From NCBI GenBank assembly GCA_046290225.1, contig JBKAGE010000035.1, forward strand, positions 448,001 to 512,000: 64,000 nt of DNA, given 5' to 3'. How positions within the stretch are numbered: the stretch's first letter is position 1; every line of letters begins with the position of its first letter. A program made the translations under genes and the position numbers. This DNA is from Bradymonadia bacterium. GTDB taxonomy: Bacteria; Myxococcota_A; Bradymonadia; UBA7976; UBA1532. Positions 39,608 through 48,756 of this stretch are shown piece by piece. Under the pieces are notes generated by a model that did not search any database, was not told the origin of the DNA, and worked only from the letters and a program-made list of their open reading frames with translations.

Positions 39608-39811
39608 GTTGGCCTCGATGTGTCGGTGTTGTGGTTCGATTAGCCCCTCAAGTCAGGGGCGTCAACCGCCGCAGACGGCTCGATCATGCCCTCACTTCAA
39701 CTCTGGTGGTGGGTAGATGCACCGTGACCCATACGCATCACGTCGAGGTGAGGCATCGAAGTCACACAAGAAGGTGCCATTACACATGCGCCACTGCTAA
39801 AGTCCCACACC

Positions 39812-41203
39812 ATGACTGAAGACCATCGACATCGCACAGTTGAAGTCAACATCGGCAACGCCACTGAGTTGATCCACGTCGACAAGTGCAAGCTGGTGGT
39901 GGTGGAGGGCGAATCCGACGATCAGGGCCAGGAGCTCATCGTCGACAAACCGATCGTGCGCATCGGCAGCAACGCCAAGAACGATCTGGTGCTCCACGAC
40001 AACACCGTCAGCCGGCACCACTGCGAAATCAGGCTCATCGGTGACGAGTATCTGCTCGTCGATCACACGTCGACGAACGGCACCTACGTGGGCGAGCTGC
40101 GCGTGCGCGAGGCGTTCTTGTACCCCAACTGCGAGGTGCTCATCGGGAACACCCTGGTGCGCTTCATGCCTCTCGTTGAGGAGATCCCCATCTACCCGAT
40201 CGATCGCAGCCGCTACGGCGTGATCATCGGCGCCGCCTCACGCATGCGGGAGATCTACGGCATCATCGACAAGGTGGCCCCGAGCGAGCTGTCGGTGGTG
40301 GTGGAAGGCGAGACGGGCACGGGCAAAGAGCTCGTGGCCCGGGCGATCCACGAGCGCTCTCGCCGCGCCCGAGGTCCGCTGGTCATCTTCGACTGCTCGG
40401 CGTTCCCGGAGAACCTGCTCGAGAGCGAGCTCTTCGGTCACGAGAAGGGCGCCTTCTCGGGGGCGATCCGCACCCACAAAGGGGTCTTCGAGCGGGCGGA
40501 TGGGGGCACGGTGTTCCTCGACGAGCTTGGGGAGATGTCGGTGAACCTGCAGCCGAAGCTGCTGCGGGCCCTCGAGAACGGTGAGATCAGGCGGGTGGGC
40601 GGCGAGCGCACCATCCGGGTCGACGTGCGGGTGGTGGCGGCGACGAACCGCAACCTGCAGCAGATGATCGAAGACGGGAAGTTCCGGCAAGATCTCTTCT
40701 ACCGCCTGGCCAAGGTGCGCTTCACGCTGCCCCCTCTCAAAGAGCGGATCGAAGATCTGCCCCTGCTCATCGATCACTTCCTCACCCAGCTGCGTCAGGG
40801 GAACGACGCCATCAGACCCCGTGGTTTCGACGACGAGGCCCTCGAGGTGGTCTCTCGCTACGACTGGCCCGGGAACGTGCGAGAGCTGAAGAACGTCGTG
40901 GAGCGCTCGGCCACCTTCTGCGAGCACGACCTGGTGGGGGTGGACGACCTGCCCATGGAGCTGCAGGCCCGCTTGGGTCATCGCAAGCAGCACACGCCGC
41001 ACGCGATCCCCATCGCCCGCGACATGAGCCTGAAAGAGGCGAAGGAGCAGATGGTCTCGCAGTTCGAGCGAGAGTTCCTGGTGGGCTTGCTCGAGAGGCA
41101 CCGTATGAACATCAGCCGGGTGGCCCGGGAGGCGGGCATCGACCGCCGCCACGTCTACCGCCTCATGAAGAAGTACGACATCCAGCTGCCTCGGGAGGAC
41201 TAG
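39812..41203 (+). CDS. FHA-domain sigma54-dependent activator (FHA-AAA+-HTH)
   Basis: VSRHH..STNGT (FHA), GETGTGKE, ESELFGHEKGAFSGA, FRQDLFYRL, WPGNVREL. Confidence 0.96.
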   Translation: MTEDHRHRTVEVNIGNATELIHVDKCKLVVVEGESDDQGQELIVDKPIVRIGSNAKNDLVLHDNTVSRHHCEIRLIGDEYLLVDHTSTNGTYVGELRVREAFLYPNCEVLIGNTLVRFMPLVEEIPIYPIDRSRYGVIIGAASRMREIYGIIDKVAPSELSVVVEGETGTGKELVARAIHERSRRARGPLVIFDCSAFPENLLESELFGHEKGAFSGAIRTHKGVFERADGGTVFLDELGEMSVNLQPKLLRALENGEIRRVGGERTIRVDVRVVAATNRNLQQMIEDGKFRQDLFYRLAKVRFTLPPLKERIEDLPLLIDHFLTQLRQGNDAIRPRGFDDEALEVVSRYDWPGNVRELKNVVERSATFCEHDLVGVDDLPMELQARLGHRKQHTPHAIPIARDMSLKEAKEQMVSQFEREFLVGLLERHRMNISRVAREAGIDRRHVYRLMKKYDIQLPRED

Positions 41204-41206
41204 CCT

Positions 41207-41956
41207 GTGCCGATGGTGCGCCACACGGGGTGGGTGCTGTTGATGCTGTGTGTCGGGGGCTGGGCCTTTGCTCAAGAGGCCCCCTCGAGTCAGCCTGTCA
41301 CCCCCTCCGAAGATGCTCCCACAGACGACGCCCCAGCTGAGGCTGTGCCGTCTGAAGATCCGCCCCATTTGCCGGCGATGACAGAGCCAGATCCGGTGGA
41401 CGAGTCTACGGGTGATGACTTGCCCGGGGTGGTGGACGAGCCTGAAGATCCTGCCCTGGCCAACCTGCCCCTGCCGAGGGCCCTGGGCATCGGCCTCACG
41501 GCCGTCCGCGAGCACGGCTACGGTGGCCTGGTGCGCTGGCGTGATGGCGCCTGGGCGGTGGAGGGGGCTGTGGCCCTGGCGCTCTACAGCCTCGACTCCG
41601 GTGAGGGCGATCCGTGTGACGAGACGGTGATCAACGCGCCCCTCCGCGTCACTGGAGCGGGCCTCTGGTATCTCACCGAGGCGGGCCGCAACAGCCAGCA
41701 CGCCCTCAAGCTCGGCGGGCTCTACGATGTAGAGTTCGGCGGTGGGGTACTCGGCGGATATCACGCGGAGTTCAGCCTCAGCCGCACGGTGGCTTTCACC
41801 TTCGGCATCGGCCTGCAGTGGATGCCCGACGCCCAGGATCAAGCCCGACAGGTGCTCCGCAAGACCTGCCGCGGGCAGGCCTTTGCTGATCCTGACACCT
41901 TCGACGTCGAGATTCGGCCGTATGTGGGGCTGGGGTTGACGCTGTTCGTGTTCTGA
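41207..41956 (+). CDS. Secreted protein, probable outer-membrane beta-barrel
   Basis: Signal peptide, acidic Pro-rich linker, alternating beta-strands ending PYVGLGLTLFVF. Confidence 0.7.
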   Translation: MPMVRHTGWVLLMLCVGGWAFAQEAPSSQPVTPSEDAPTDDAPAEAVPSEDPPHLPAMTEPDPVDESTGDDLPGVVDEPEDPALANLPLPRALGIGLTAVREHGYGGLVRWRDGAWAVEGAVALALYSLDSGEGDPCDETVINAPLRVTGAGLWYLTEAGRNSQHALKLGGLYDVEFGGGVLGGYHAEFSLSRTVAFTFGIGLQWMPDAQDQARQVLRKTCRGQAFADPDTFDVEIRPYVGLGLTLFVF

Positions 41957-42160
41957 CGAGCGGACGACCGTGCCTTCGGCACCGTCTGTAGCGGACGACC
42001 CAGCAAAAGCTTTCGCTTCGCTGCGTCTGTAGCGGACGCCTCGCCTTCGGCGTCCGCTACAGCTTTGCAAGGCGAAGCCGCAGCAGGCGTCCGCTACAGG
42101 CTGTCGCCGCCAGGCGATGACCGTCCGCTACAGGCGGCCCGCAGGGCGGCCGTCCGCTCA
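41957..42160. repeat. REP/BIME-like cluster of CTGTAGCGGACG units, copy A
   Basis: Forward units at 41958 (partial), 41986, 42027; inverted units at 42051, 42088, 42122, 42151 (partial); hairpin spacers. Confidence 0.85.
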
Positions 42161-44494
42161 CTCCATCGATACATCCAACAAGAACGCTCCACCCAGATCC
42201 CCTTCGTGGTCGACGACGAGGTAGTAGTCCCCAGGCTGCACCTGCACCTCGAGGCGCTCCGCCGAGCCCGCAGGCTGCGCCCCAGCACCACCCACACAGG
42301 TCCCGTCGACATCGGCACAGTCGGTAACGAGGTAGACAACGGGCTTGATGCTCCGTCGAGGATCAAGAGGCTGGCCCGGGGTCACCACGGCCTGCAGCAG
42401 GCCCGCCTCGGCCACAGTGAGCCTGAAGACCTGATCGACGCCCACGGTGAGTCGGCCCGGAGGGCAGGCGCTGCCGGAGACGTCGTTGGTGCGGGGGCGC
42501 TCGGTGGTGCCCACAAAGCGGCCAGGGATCGAGAGAGGGATCGCCTGTGCGCAAGACTCGCCGGAGATGAAAGGCGTCACACCTACGGCGAAGGGGCCGC
42601 CGGTGTCGCCGAGGCTGTCGACGACGGTGTACCACCCGCCAGCTCGGGGCACGTTGACGATGCGGGCCTCGGGGCGGCCTGCGGCGCCCGTGTCACGGCC
42701 TGCGAGGCATTGCTCGAGGGCTTCGCACTGCTCGGCCACCCAGAACTGGGCGTCGAAAGCATCGCTGAGGGGGGCGACGCCCACGACATAGCTGCCCGGG
42801 GCGTCGATCTCGAAGCGGAAGATCTGGTCAGGGCCCGGTGAGCCACCGAGGCATGTGCTCTGGGTGTAGTCGTTGGCCAGGGCGGTGGAGTCGCCGGAGA
42901 CCGCGGTGCTCAGGGCCACTGTGGGGGCGTTCAGGCAGGTCTCTCCGCCACAGGCGCCGCCTTCGTCGAGCTGGGCGTCGCAGTCGTTGTCGAGGCCGTC
43001 GCAGATCTCCACGGTGCCTTCGTCATTGCTGCCTCCAGCGTCGGTGCTACAGCGAGATCCACCGGCGCCGTTGCATTCGCGCAGGCCGGGGCCGCAGGCG
43101 CCGACACCATCGCACGGGGTGCCGATGCCGAAGCCTTCATCGGTGTTGCCATCGCAGTCTTCGTCGATGCCGGAGCATTGCTCAATCTCGCTGCGATCTG
43201 CAGACCCACTTGGCCCTGAGCTGCAGATCACATCTTCGGCGGGGCCGCACTCCAGCACGCCGGCGCCGCAGAGGCCCGGGCGATTGCATGCAGCGCCGAG
43301 ATCGAGGCCCTCGTCGGCGCTGCCGTCGCAGTCATCATCGGCGCCATTGCAGCGCTCCACACCGGCCTCGGAGGCGCTGCCGCCGGGATCCGTACTGCAT
43401 CGCAGCGCGCCGGCTTCGGTGCACTCGGTGACGCCGGCACCGCACTGACCTGCGCCCTCACAGGCCTCACCGACACCGAAGCCCTCGTCTGTGGTGCCGT
43501 CACAGTCGTCATCGAGGCCGTTGCACTGTTCTTCTGCCGCCTCGCTCTCCGAGCCCTCAGCGTCGGTGGTGCACCGGGTGTTGCCGGCGCCGTCGCACTC
43601 CAAGACGCCGAGGCCACAGGCGCCCACGCCGTCACATTGGGCCCCGACACCGAGGAACTCGTCAGCAGTGCCGTCACAGTCGTTGTCTTCGCCATCGCAG
43701 ACTTCGGGCTGCACCTCACCGTCCGGGCCGCCAGGCTCGGTGCTACACTGCATCCCGCCACCAGGACCACAGACCGTGACGCCCTGGCCGCAGGCCCCTA
43801 CACAGGGGATGTTGAGGGCAAAGCCCTCGTCGGTGAGGCCGTCGCAGTCTTCGTCCACGCCTGTACAGCGCTCCGCCCCTGCCTCTGGCGCGCTGCCCCC
43901 AGGCTCGGTGCTGCACACCGTGAGAAAGCCCCCCCGGCACTCGATCACGCCTGGGCCGCAGGTGCCGAGACCCTCACAGGGCTCGCCGACGTCGAAGCCG
44001 TCGTCGATGACGCCGTTGCAGTCGTCGTCGGCGCCGTTGCACGACTCCGGCTCTGGTGCGATCTCGCCCTCGCAGGGGCCCCACATGCCGTCGTTGTCGC
44101 AAATTTGTCGCCCGGCTCTGCATCGGCCCATGTTGCGGCCGCAGTCCTGTACCGAGCCCGGCTCACAGCGGGTGTCCGCATCGGGCAGGTCGAGATCTGG
44201 CAGCTCGGCGTCGGGTAGATCTTGATCCATGGCCATGTCGAGGCCTGCATCGAACACCTCGGCGTCGGCGATCTCAGCGTCTGCGAGCTCGGCGTCGCTG
44301 GCAGGCCGGGCGTCGGGGGTGGCGATGACTCGAGCGTCCGCGGGCTCGGCGTCAGGAGGCTCGGAGACACACTGCTCATCGACGCAAATCGTGCCCCGCG
44401 GACACGCGCAGGGATCAGCAGGGGTACCCTCTTCTGTAGAGCCCGCGCAGCCGAAGCTCGCGAGGCAGAGCGCCGAGACGAGGGCTTTGATCAC
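42158..44494 (-). CDS. Cys-rich lipoprotein with 7 MopE-like repeats and two C-terminal PPC-like beta domains
   Basis: Lipobox SFGC; CxGxDxDCDGxxDE x7; duplicated DQxFR...GxYYxVVD modules. Confidence 0.85.
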   Translation of the reverse strand: MIKALVSALCLASFGCAGSTEEGTPADPCACPRGTICVDEQCVSEPPDAEPADARVIATPDARPASDAELADAEIADAEVFDAGLDMAMDQDLPDAELPDLDLPDADTRCEPGSVQDCGRNMGRCRAGRQICDNDGMWGPCEGEIAPEPESCNGADDDCNGVIDDGFDVGEPCEGLGTCGPGVIECRGGFLTVCSTEPGGSAPEAGAERCTGVDEDCDGLTDEGFALNIPCVGACGQGVTVCGPGGGMQCSTEPGGPDGEVQPEVCDGEDNDCDGTADEFLGVGAQCDGVGACGLGVLECDGAGNTRCTTDAEGSESEAAEEQCNGLDDDCDGTTDEGFGVGEACEGAGQCGAGVTECTEAGALRCSTDPGGSASEAGVERCNGADDDCDGSADEGLDLGAACNRPGLCGAGVLECGPAEDVICSSGPSGSADRSEIEQCSGIDEDCDGNTDEGFGIGTPCDGVGACGPGLRECNGAGGSRCSTDAGGSNDEGTVEICDGLDNDCDAQLDEGGACGGETCLNAPTVALSTAVSGDSTALANDYTQSTCLGGSPGPDQIFRFEIDAPGSYVVGVAPLSDAFDAQFWVAEQCEALEQCLAGRDTGAAGRPEARIVNVPRAGGWYTVVDSLGDTGGPFAVGVTPFISGESCAQAIPLSIPGRFVGTTERPRTNDVSGSACPPGRLTVGVDQVFRLTVAEAGLLQAVVTPGQPLDPRRSIKPVVYLVTDCADVDGTCVGGAGAQPAGSAERLEVQVQPGDYYLVVDHEGDLGGAFLLDVSME

Positions 44495-44522
44495 GATGAC
44501 GCTCCTGGTGTCGATGAACGTG

Positions 44523-44551
44523 TTGACCGGCTCAGATCGAATTGATACTCT
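44523..44551 (+). promoter_or_regulatory. Putative tRNA promoter
   Basis: TTGACC-17bp-TACTCT followed by a GC-rich discriminator. Confidence 0.55.
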
Positions 44552-44588
44552 GCGCCGCCGTTGGTCAGCAAATCGCTGATTGATGTAG

Positions 44589-44664
44589 GCCGATATAGCT
44601 CAGTTGGTAGAGCAACTCATTCGTAATGAGTAGGTCGTCGGTTCAAGTCCGACTATCGGCTCCA
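44589..44664 (+). tRNA. tRNA-Thr(CGT)
   Basis: Acceptor stem GCCGATA/TATCGGC, anticodon arm ACTCA-TTCGTAA-TGAGT, GTTCAA T-loop, encoded CCA; 76 nt. Confidence 0.97.
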
Positions 44665-44755
44665 ATTTTTTCTTCCCTCACATTTTTTGATGGTGTGTTG
44701 CCTCGGCAGGCAAACGGCCACGACGTTTTCAACGTACGTGTTCGAGTGTAGTAGA

Positions 44756-45604
44756 GTGCGCCCCGTGTTGAAGATCCTGCCCATACTCGTGCTGTGCTTC
44801 GCTTCTGCCGCTCAGGCAGAGACCGGCCTCGGTCACGTGGTCATCGATCCGGGCCACGGCGGCGAGAACAAGGGCGCCCCTGCGCGGTTCATCAAGGGTG
44901 GGTTCGAAAAAAAGTACACCCTCGTCATCGCCGAGCACGTCGCTGGCATGCTCCGAGAAGCGGGGGTGCCCAAGGTCACCCTCACCCGCACCACCGACAC
45001 CGACATGAGCCTCGCCGATCGGGTGATGCTCGCCAACCGCGTCGAAGCCGACGTGCTGGTGAGCATCCACCTGAACTCCAGCGAGCGTGCCGGTGCTGCA
45101 GGCCACGAGGTCTACTTCCTGAGCCTGCGGGCCACCGACGAAGCCGCGGAGCGCCTTGCCCGATACGAGAGCCTCGAGACCGGCGAAGCCCTCGCCCCTG
45201 CGCCCCGCAGTGACGATCCCGTGAAGGCGATCCTCGACGACTTGACGCAGAGCCGCGCCCATCAAGATGCAGAGACTCTCGCCGGGGTCATCTCCGCCCA
45301 GCTCGCCAAACACAGCCCGTTCCCCAACCGTGGGGTAAAGCAGGCGCCCTTCATCGTCTTGATGGGGGCCCACATGCCCGCGGTGGTGGTCGAGGTGGGT
45401 TTCTTGAACCACTACAAAGAGGGCCGGTACGTCACCCGGGAGCCGGGGATGACCACTGTGGCCCGGGCCATCGCCGACGGAGTGCTCGATTACGGCCGCC
45501 GAGTGGCGAAGCACCGGCGCAGGCATACCACCAAAGCGTCCACTTCCAACGAGGCCACCACCCAGGAGCCCCGCTCCGAGGAGCCTGTTCATGTCTCTCA
45601 GTGA
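44756..45604 (+). CDS. N-acetylmuramoyl-L-alanine amidase (Amidase_3)
   Basis: VVIDPGHGG, EK, LVSIHLNS, PAVVVEVGFL. Confidence 0.95.
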   Translation: MRPVLKILPILVLCFASAAQAETGLGHVVIDPGHGGENKGAPARFIKGGFEKKYTLVIAEHVAGMLREAGVPKVTLTRTTDTDMSLADRVMLANRVEADVLVSIHLNSSERAGAAGHEVYFLSLRATDEAAERLARYESLETGEALAPAPRSDDPVKAILDDLTQSRAHQDAETLAGVISAQLAKHSPFPNRGVKQAPFIVLMGAHMPAVVVEVGFLNHYKEGRYVTREPGMTTVARAIADGVLDYGRRVAKHRRRHTTKASTSNEATTQEPRSEEPVHVSQ

Positions 45605-46313
45605 GCCCCGGCCTGATGGCCGGCAGCCCCACGCATTGCGCCCCATCGAGATCGAGCTGGGCATCCAGCGCTACGCCGCCGGCAGCGCCTTGATCAAGTG
45701 GGGCAACACCCACGTGCTCTGCTCCGCCACAGTGGAGGACAAGGTCCCGGGCCATCGCCTCGAGAGCGGCGGTGGCTGGATCAGCGCCGAGTATGCTTTG
45801 CTGCCGGGCAGCACCATGACCCGCGCCCGACGGGAGCGCGGCAAGGTGGGCGGCCGCACGGCGGAGATCCAGCGTTTGATCGCCCGCAGCCTGCGGGCCG
45901 CTGTGGATCTCGACGCTCTGGGCCCCCGCAGCATCTGGATCGACTGTGACGTGGTGCAGGCTGATGGAGGCACCCGCTGCGCCAGCATCACCGGTGGGTA
46001 CGTGGCGCTGTGTCTCGCCCTGCAGAAGCTCGTCGACGCAGGCAAGCTCGGCCCGGAGATCATGCCCGAGCCGCTGGCCGCTGTGAGCCTCGGGGTGCGC
46101 AATGGCCAGGTCATCGCAGATCTGAACTACATCGAAGACGCCAGCGCCGACGTCGATCTCAACTTCGTGAGCAGCGTCACCGGGGTGGTGGAGATTCAAG
46201 GCACCGCCGAGGGCCGCCCCTTCACCCGGGCCGAGCTCGACGGAATGATCGACGCCGGCACCGCTGCCTGTGAGCAGCTCTTCGAGATTCAACGGGCGGC
46301 CCTGCGCCGCTGA
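45591..46313 (+). CDS. rph: Ribonuclease PH
   Basis: RPDGR, AEYALLP, GGRTAEIQRLIARSLRA, QADGGTRCASITG, EIQGTAEG. Confidence 0.98.
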   Translation: MSLSEPRPDGRQPHALRPIEIELGIQRYAAGSALIKWGNTHVLCSATVEDKVPGHRLESGGGWISAEYALLPGSTMTRARRERGKVGGRTAEIQRLIARSLRAAVDLDALGPRSIWIDCDVVQADGGTRCASITGGYVALCLALQKLVDAGKLGPEIMPEPLAAVSLGVRNGQVIADLNYIEDASADVDLNFVSSVTGVVEIQGTAEGRPFTRAELDGMIDAGTAACEQLFEIQRAALRR

Positions 46314-46348
46314 ACATTGCCCATTCACGTGTCATTCAGAGTGTTGTC

Positions 46349-46972
46349 ATGAGCCGAACCTTCGTCGTCGCCACCGGCAATCCCCACAAGGTGGAAGAGC
46401 TCTCCGAGCTGATGCCTGGGGTGCCGCTGCAGCCCCTGAGCGACTTCCCCTCGGCCCCAGAGCCCGTGGAAGACGCCCCGGACTTCGCCGGAAACGCCAT
46501 CATCAAAGCCAAGAGCGCTCTGGCTCACACAGGCCTGCCGTCCCTGGCGGACGACAGCGGCATCTGCGTTGACTGCCTCGATGGCGCGCCGGGCATCTAC
46601 TCGGCCCGCTATGTCGAGGGCTCTGACGCGGATCGACGTCACGCCCTGCACAAGGCTGTGGGAGACGCTGAAGATCGCGGGGCCCAGTTCGTGTGTGTGA
46701 TCGCCATCGCCGGTTTGCCCGACGATTTGCCACTGCCCGAGGGTGTGGAGCGGCGCGACGGCTGCTACATCGCCACCGGGGTGGTGCACGGCGAGATCGT
46801 CCGGGGCGCCGAGCGTGGGGCCCATGGGTTTGGCTACGATCCGATCTTCGAGTTGCCCGAGCGTGGCCTCACTACGGCGGAGCTCTCGACGGAGGAGAAG
46901 CACGCCGTCAGCCACCGAGGTCGCGCGGTGCGTGTCATCGCCCCCCTGCTGAACGCCTGGGTAGGCCAGTAA
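46349..46972 (+). CDS. rdgB: Non-canonical purine NTP pyrophosphatase (Ham1 family)
   Basis: ATGNPHK, ADDSG, PGIYSARY, GFGYDPIF, SHRGRA; follows rph. Confidence 0.96.
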   Translation: MSRTFVVATGNPHKVEELSELMPGVPLQPLSDFPSAPEPVEDAPDFAGNAIIKAKSALAHTGLPSLADDSGICVDCLDGAPGIYSARYVEGSDADRRHALHKAVGDAEDRGAQFVCVIAIAGLPDDLPLPEGVERRDGCYIATGVVHGEIVRGAERGAHGFGYDPIFELPERGLTTAELSTEEKHAVSHRGRAVRVIAPLLNAWVGQ

Positions 46973-47036
46973 CCTGCGGCAAATCCTCTTGATTCTCGAT
47001 GCGCCTCTGCCCACACTTCTCGAGAGGGAGGATGAA

Positions 47037-47405
47037 ATGAAGCGTATCTTGTACGTCGAGGATACCCGGGACAATCGAGAGCTGGTCTGCCAGATGCTCG
47101 ACGACCTGTATCAAATCGAGACCGCCATCGACGGCGAAGAGGGCCTGCGCAAAGCGCAAGAGAGCCCTCCAGACCTGATGCTCATCGACATCAGCCTGCC
47201 CGTGATGGACGGCCTCACGCTCACCCGCCGCATCCGCGCTGACGCGCACTTGAACCAGATCCCCATCGTGGCCCTCACCGCCCACTGCATGGTGGGGGAT
47301 CGGGAGAAGGCCCTCGCTGCCGGGTGTGACGACTTCCTGTCGAAGCCCTTCCGCATGATGCAGCTGCGCGACATGGTGGCTGACCGCCTTGCCGCTGTTG
47401 AGTGA
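47037..47405 (+). CDS. Single-domain response regulator (DivK-like)
   Basis: ILYVED, LIDISLPVMDG, ALTAH, SKP. Confidence 0.92.
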   Translation: MKRILYVEDTRDNRELVCQMLDDLYQIETAIDGEEGLRKAQESPPDLMLIDISLPVMDGLTLTRRIRADAHLNQIPIVALTAHCMVGDREKALAAGCDDFLSKPFRMMQLRDMVADRLAAVE

Positions 47406-47431
47406 AACTGCTAGTACCCGCCTTCCATATC

Positions 47432-47630
47432 TGCCTGCGGTGCCCTCTCTGAGCAGAGGGTGAAAAGGGAAGCCGGTGTGAATCCGGCACGGTCCCGCCA
47501 CTGTGTAGAGCGATCCCGTCAGACGTGACCGTTCACGGTCGACCACTCCGTTGCCCTGCGGGGGAAGGTGTCTGAGGGTGCGCTGGTCGACGAGATCACG
47601 CAGCTCGAAGTCAGGAGACCTGCCCAGGCA
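47432..47630 (+). ncRNA. Cobalamin riboswitch
   Basis: CGGTG...AAAAGGGAAGCCGGTGTGAATCCGGCACGGTCCCGCCACTGTG...GGGAAG...B12 box AAGTCAGGAGACCTGCC; P1 TGCCTG/CAGGCA. Confidence 0.95.
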
Positions 47631-47798
47631 TCACCGCCCCCGATCTCGTGGGGCTGTTTGACGCTGTGCGCCTCGCGGAGGGTGCGTGGGTCCTGGCCTC
47701 GGCGACCGTCGAGTGTCTGCCCCTGCCCGCACGTGCACAGTTGAGATGGTCGACAACGGCCAAGTCGTCGACGCGCGGACGTCTGACGAGCAGGAGCG

Positions 47799-48752
47799 AT
47801 GAAGATGTCTCGATGGCAGAGTGAGCAGATGCGTTGGTCAACACTGGTGGTGTGTGCCCTGGCCTGTGGGCTGGTGTTCACCGGCTGTGATGATGATGAC
47901 GAAGGCGGCGACGGCATGGGCGGCGCCGTGGCCGGCGCTGGTGGCGAAGCAGGCATGGGCGGTGCAGTCGCCGGTGCCGGCGGTGAAGCGGGCATGGGCG
48001 GCGCTGTGGCTGGCGCTGGTGGTGAGGCGGGCATGGGCGGCGGTGAGCCTCCGGCCATGGGCCTCACCGGTGACTTCATCGACGCCTTCGGCGGTGGCCA
48101 CTGGATCACCGACGCCCTCTGGATTCAGACCTTCTACCCGGGGCAGTCCACCTTCAACATCAGCCAGATCGACGGCGACGCTCAGGTGATCATCGCCCAG
48201 AACGATCCCGCCAACGACTTCAGCCCCAGCCTCTGGAGCCGGTTCGACTGGGTTGAGGTCGACAGCACCACCTACTACTGCCAGACCACCTTCGACGCCG
48301 AAAGCGAAGAGGCTGCCCTCGCCGTGGTCCGGGCCGACGACGCTGATCCCGCCAACGCGGGCTGTGGCGGCTTCGGTTGGAGCGCCCTCAACGTGGGCAC
48401 CATGCCTTTCGTCGGTGGGTTCGACGACGACTTCGGCACATTCCACCTGATCACCAGCGCTTTCTGGAGCCAGGCCGGCGAGGGCTTCTCCAGCGTGTTC
48501 TTCACCGGCGAGATCAACCTCGAGGATCAGTACCTCGTGGCCCAGAACGGCCCCGCCAACGCGTTCAATGCCGAGCTGTGGAGTCGGTTCGACTGGGTCG
48601 AGGTCGACGGCACCACCTACTACTGCCAGTCGGCCTTCGACGCCGCCACCGCTGAAGACGCCGCCATGGTGCCTCGCCCCGACGACGCTGATCCGACGGC
48701 AGGGGGCTGTGGGGGCATGTTCCCCTGGAGCGCGCTGATCACCGTCGAGTGA
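47799..48752 (+). CDS. Riboswitch-controlled lipoprotein with Gly/Ala linker and two tandem copies of an unknown domain; start may be 47805
   Basis: Lipobox FTGC; 13-aa repeat x3; AQNxPANxFxxxLWSRFDWVEVDxTTYYCQxxFDA x2. Confidence 0.85.
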   Translation: MKMSRWQSEQMRWSTLVVCALACGLVFTGCDDDDEGGDGMGGAVAGAGGEAGMGGAVAGAGGEAGMGGAVAGAGGEAGMGGGEPPAMGLTGDFIDAFGGGHWITDALWIQTFYPGQSTFNISQIDGDAQVIIAQNDPANDFSPSLWSRFDWVEVDSTTYYCQTTFDAESEEAALAVVRADDADPANAGCGGFGWSALNVGTMPFVGGFDDDFGTFHLITSAFWSQAGEGFSSVFFTGEINLEDQYLVAQNGPANAFNAELWSRFDWVEVDGTTYYCQSAFDAATAEDAAMVPRPDDADPTAGGCGGMFPWSALITVE

Positions 48753-48756
48753 GGCG

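Noticed and set aside
41957..42160. CRISPR array interpretation of the CTGTAGCGGACG repeats (also 59812-60206)
   Set aside because: Repeats are only 12 bp and switch orientation, spacers are self-complementary and shared between loci, and no cas genes are present.
44589..44700. Integrative element at tRNA-Thr
   Set aside because: No integrase and no duplicated tRNA 3' end seen; housekeeping genes follow directly.
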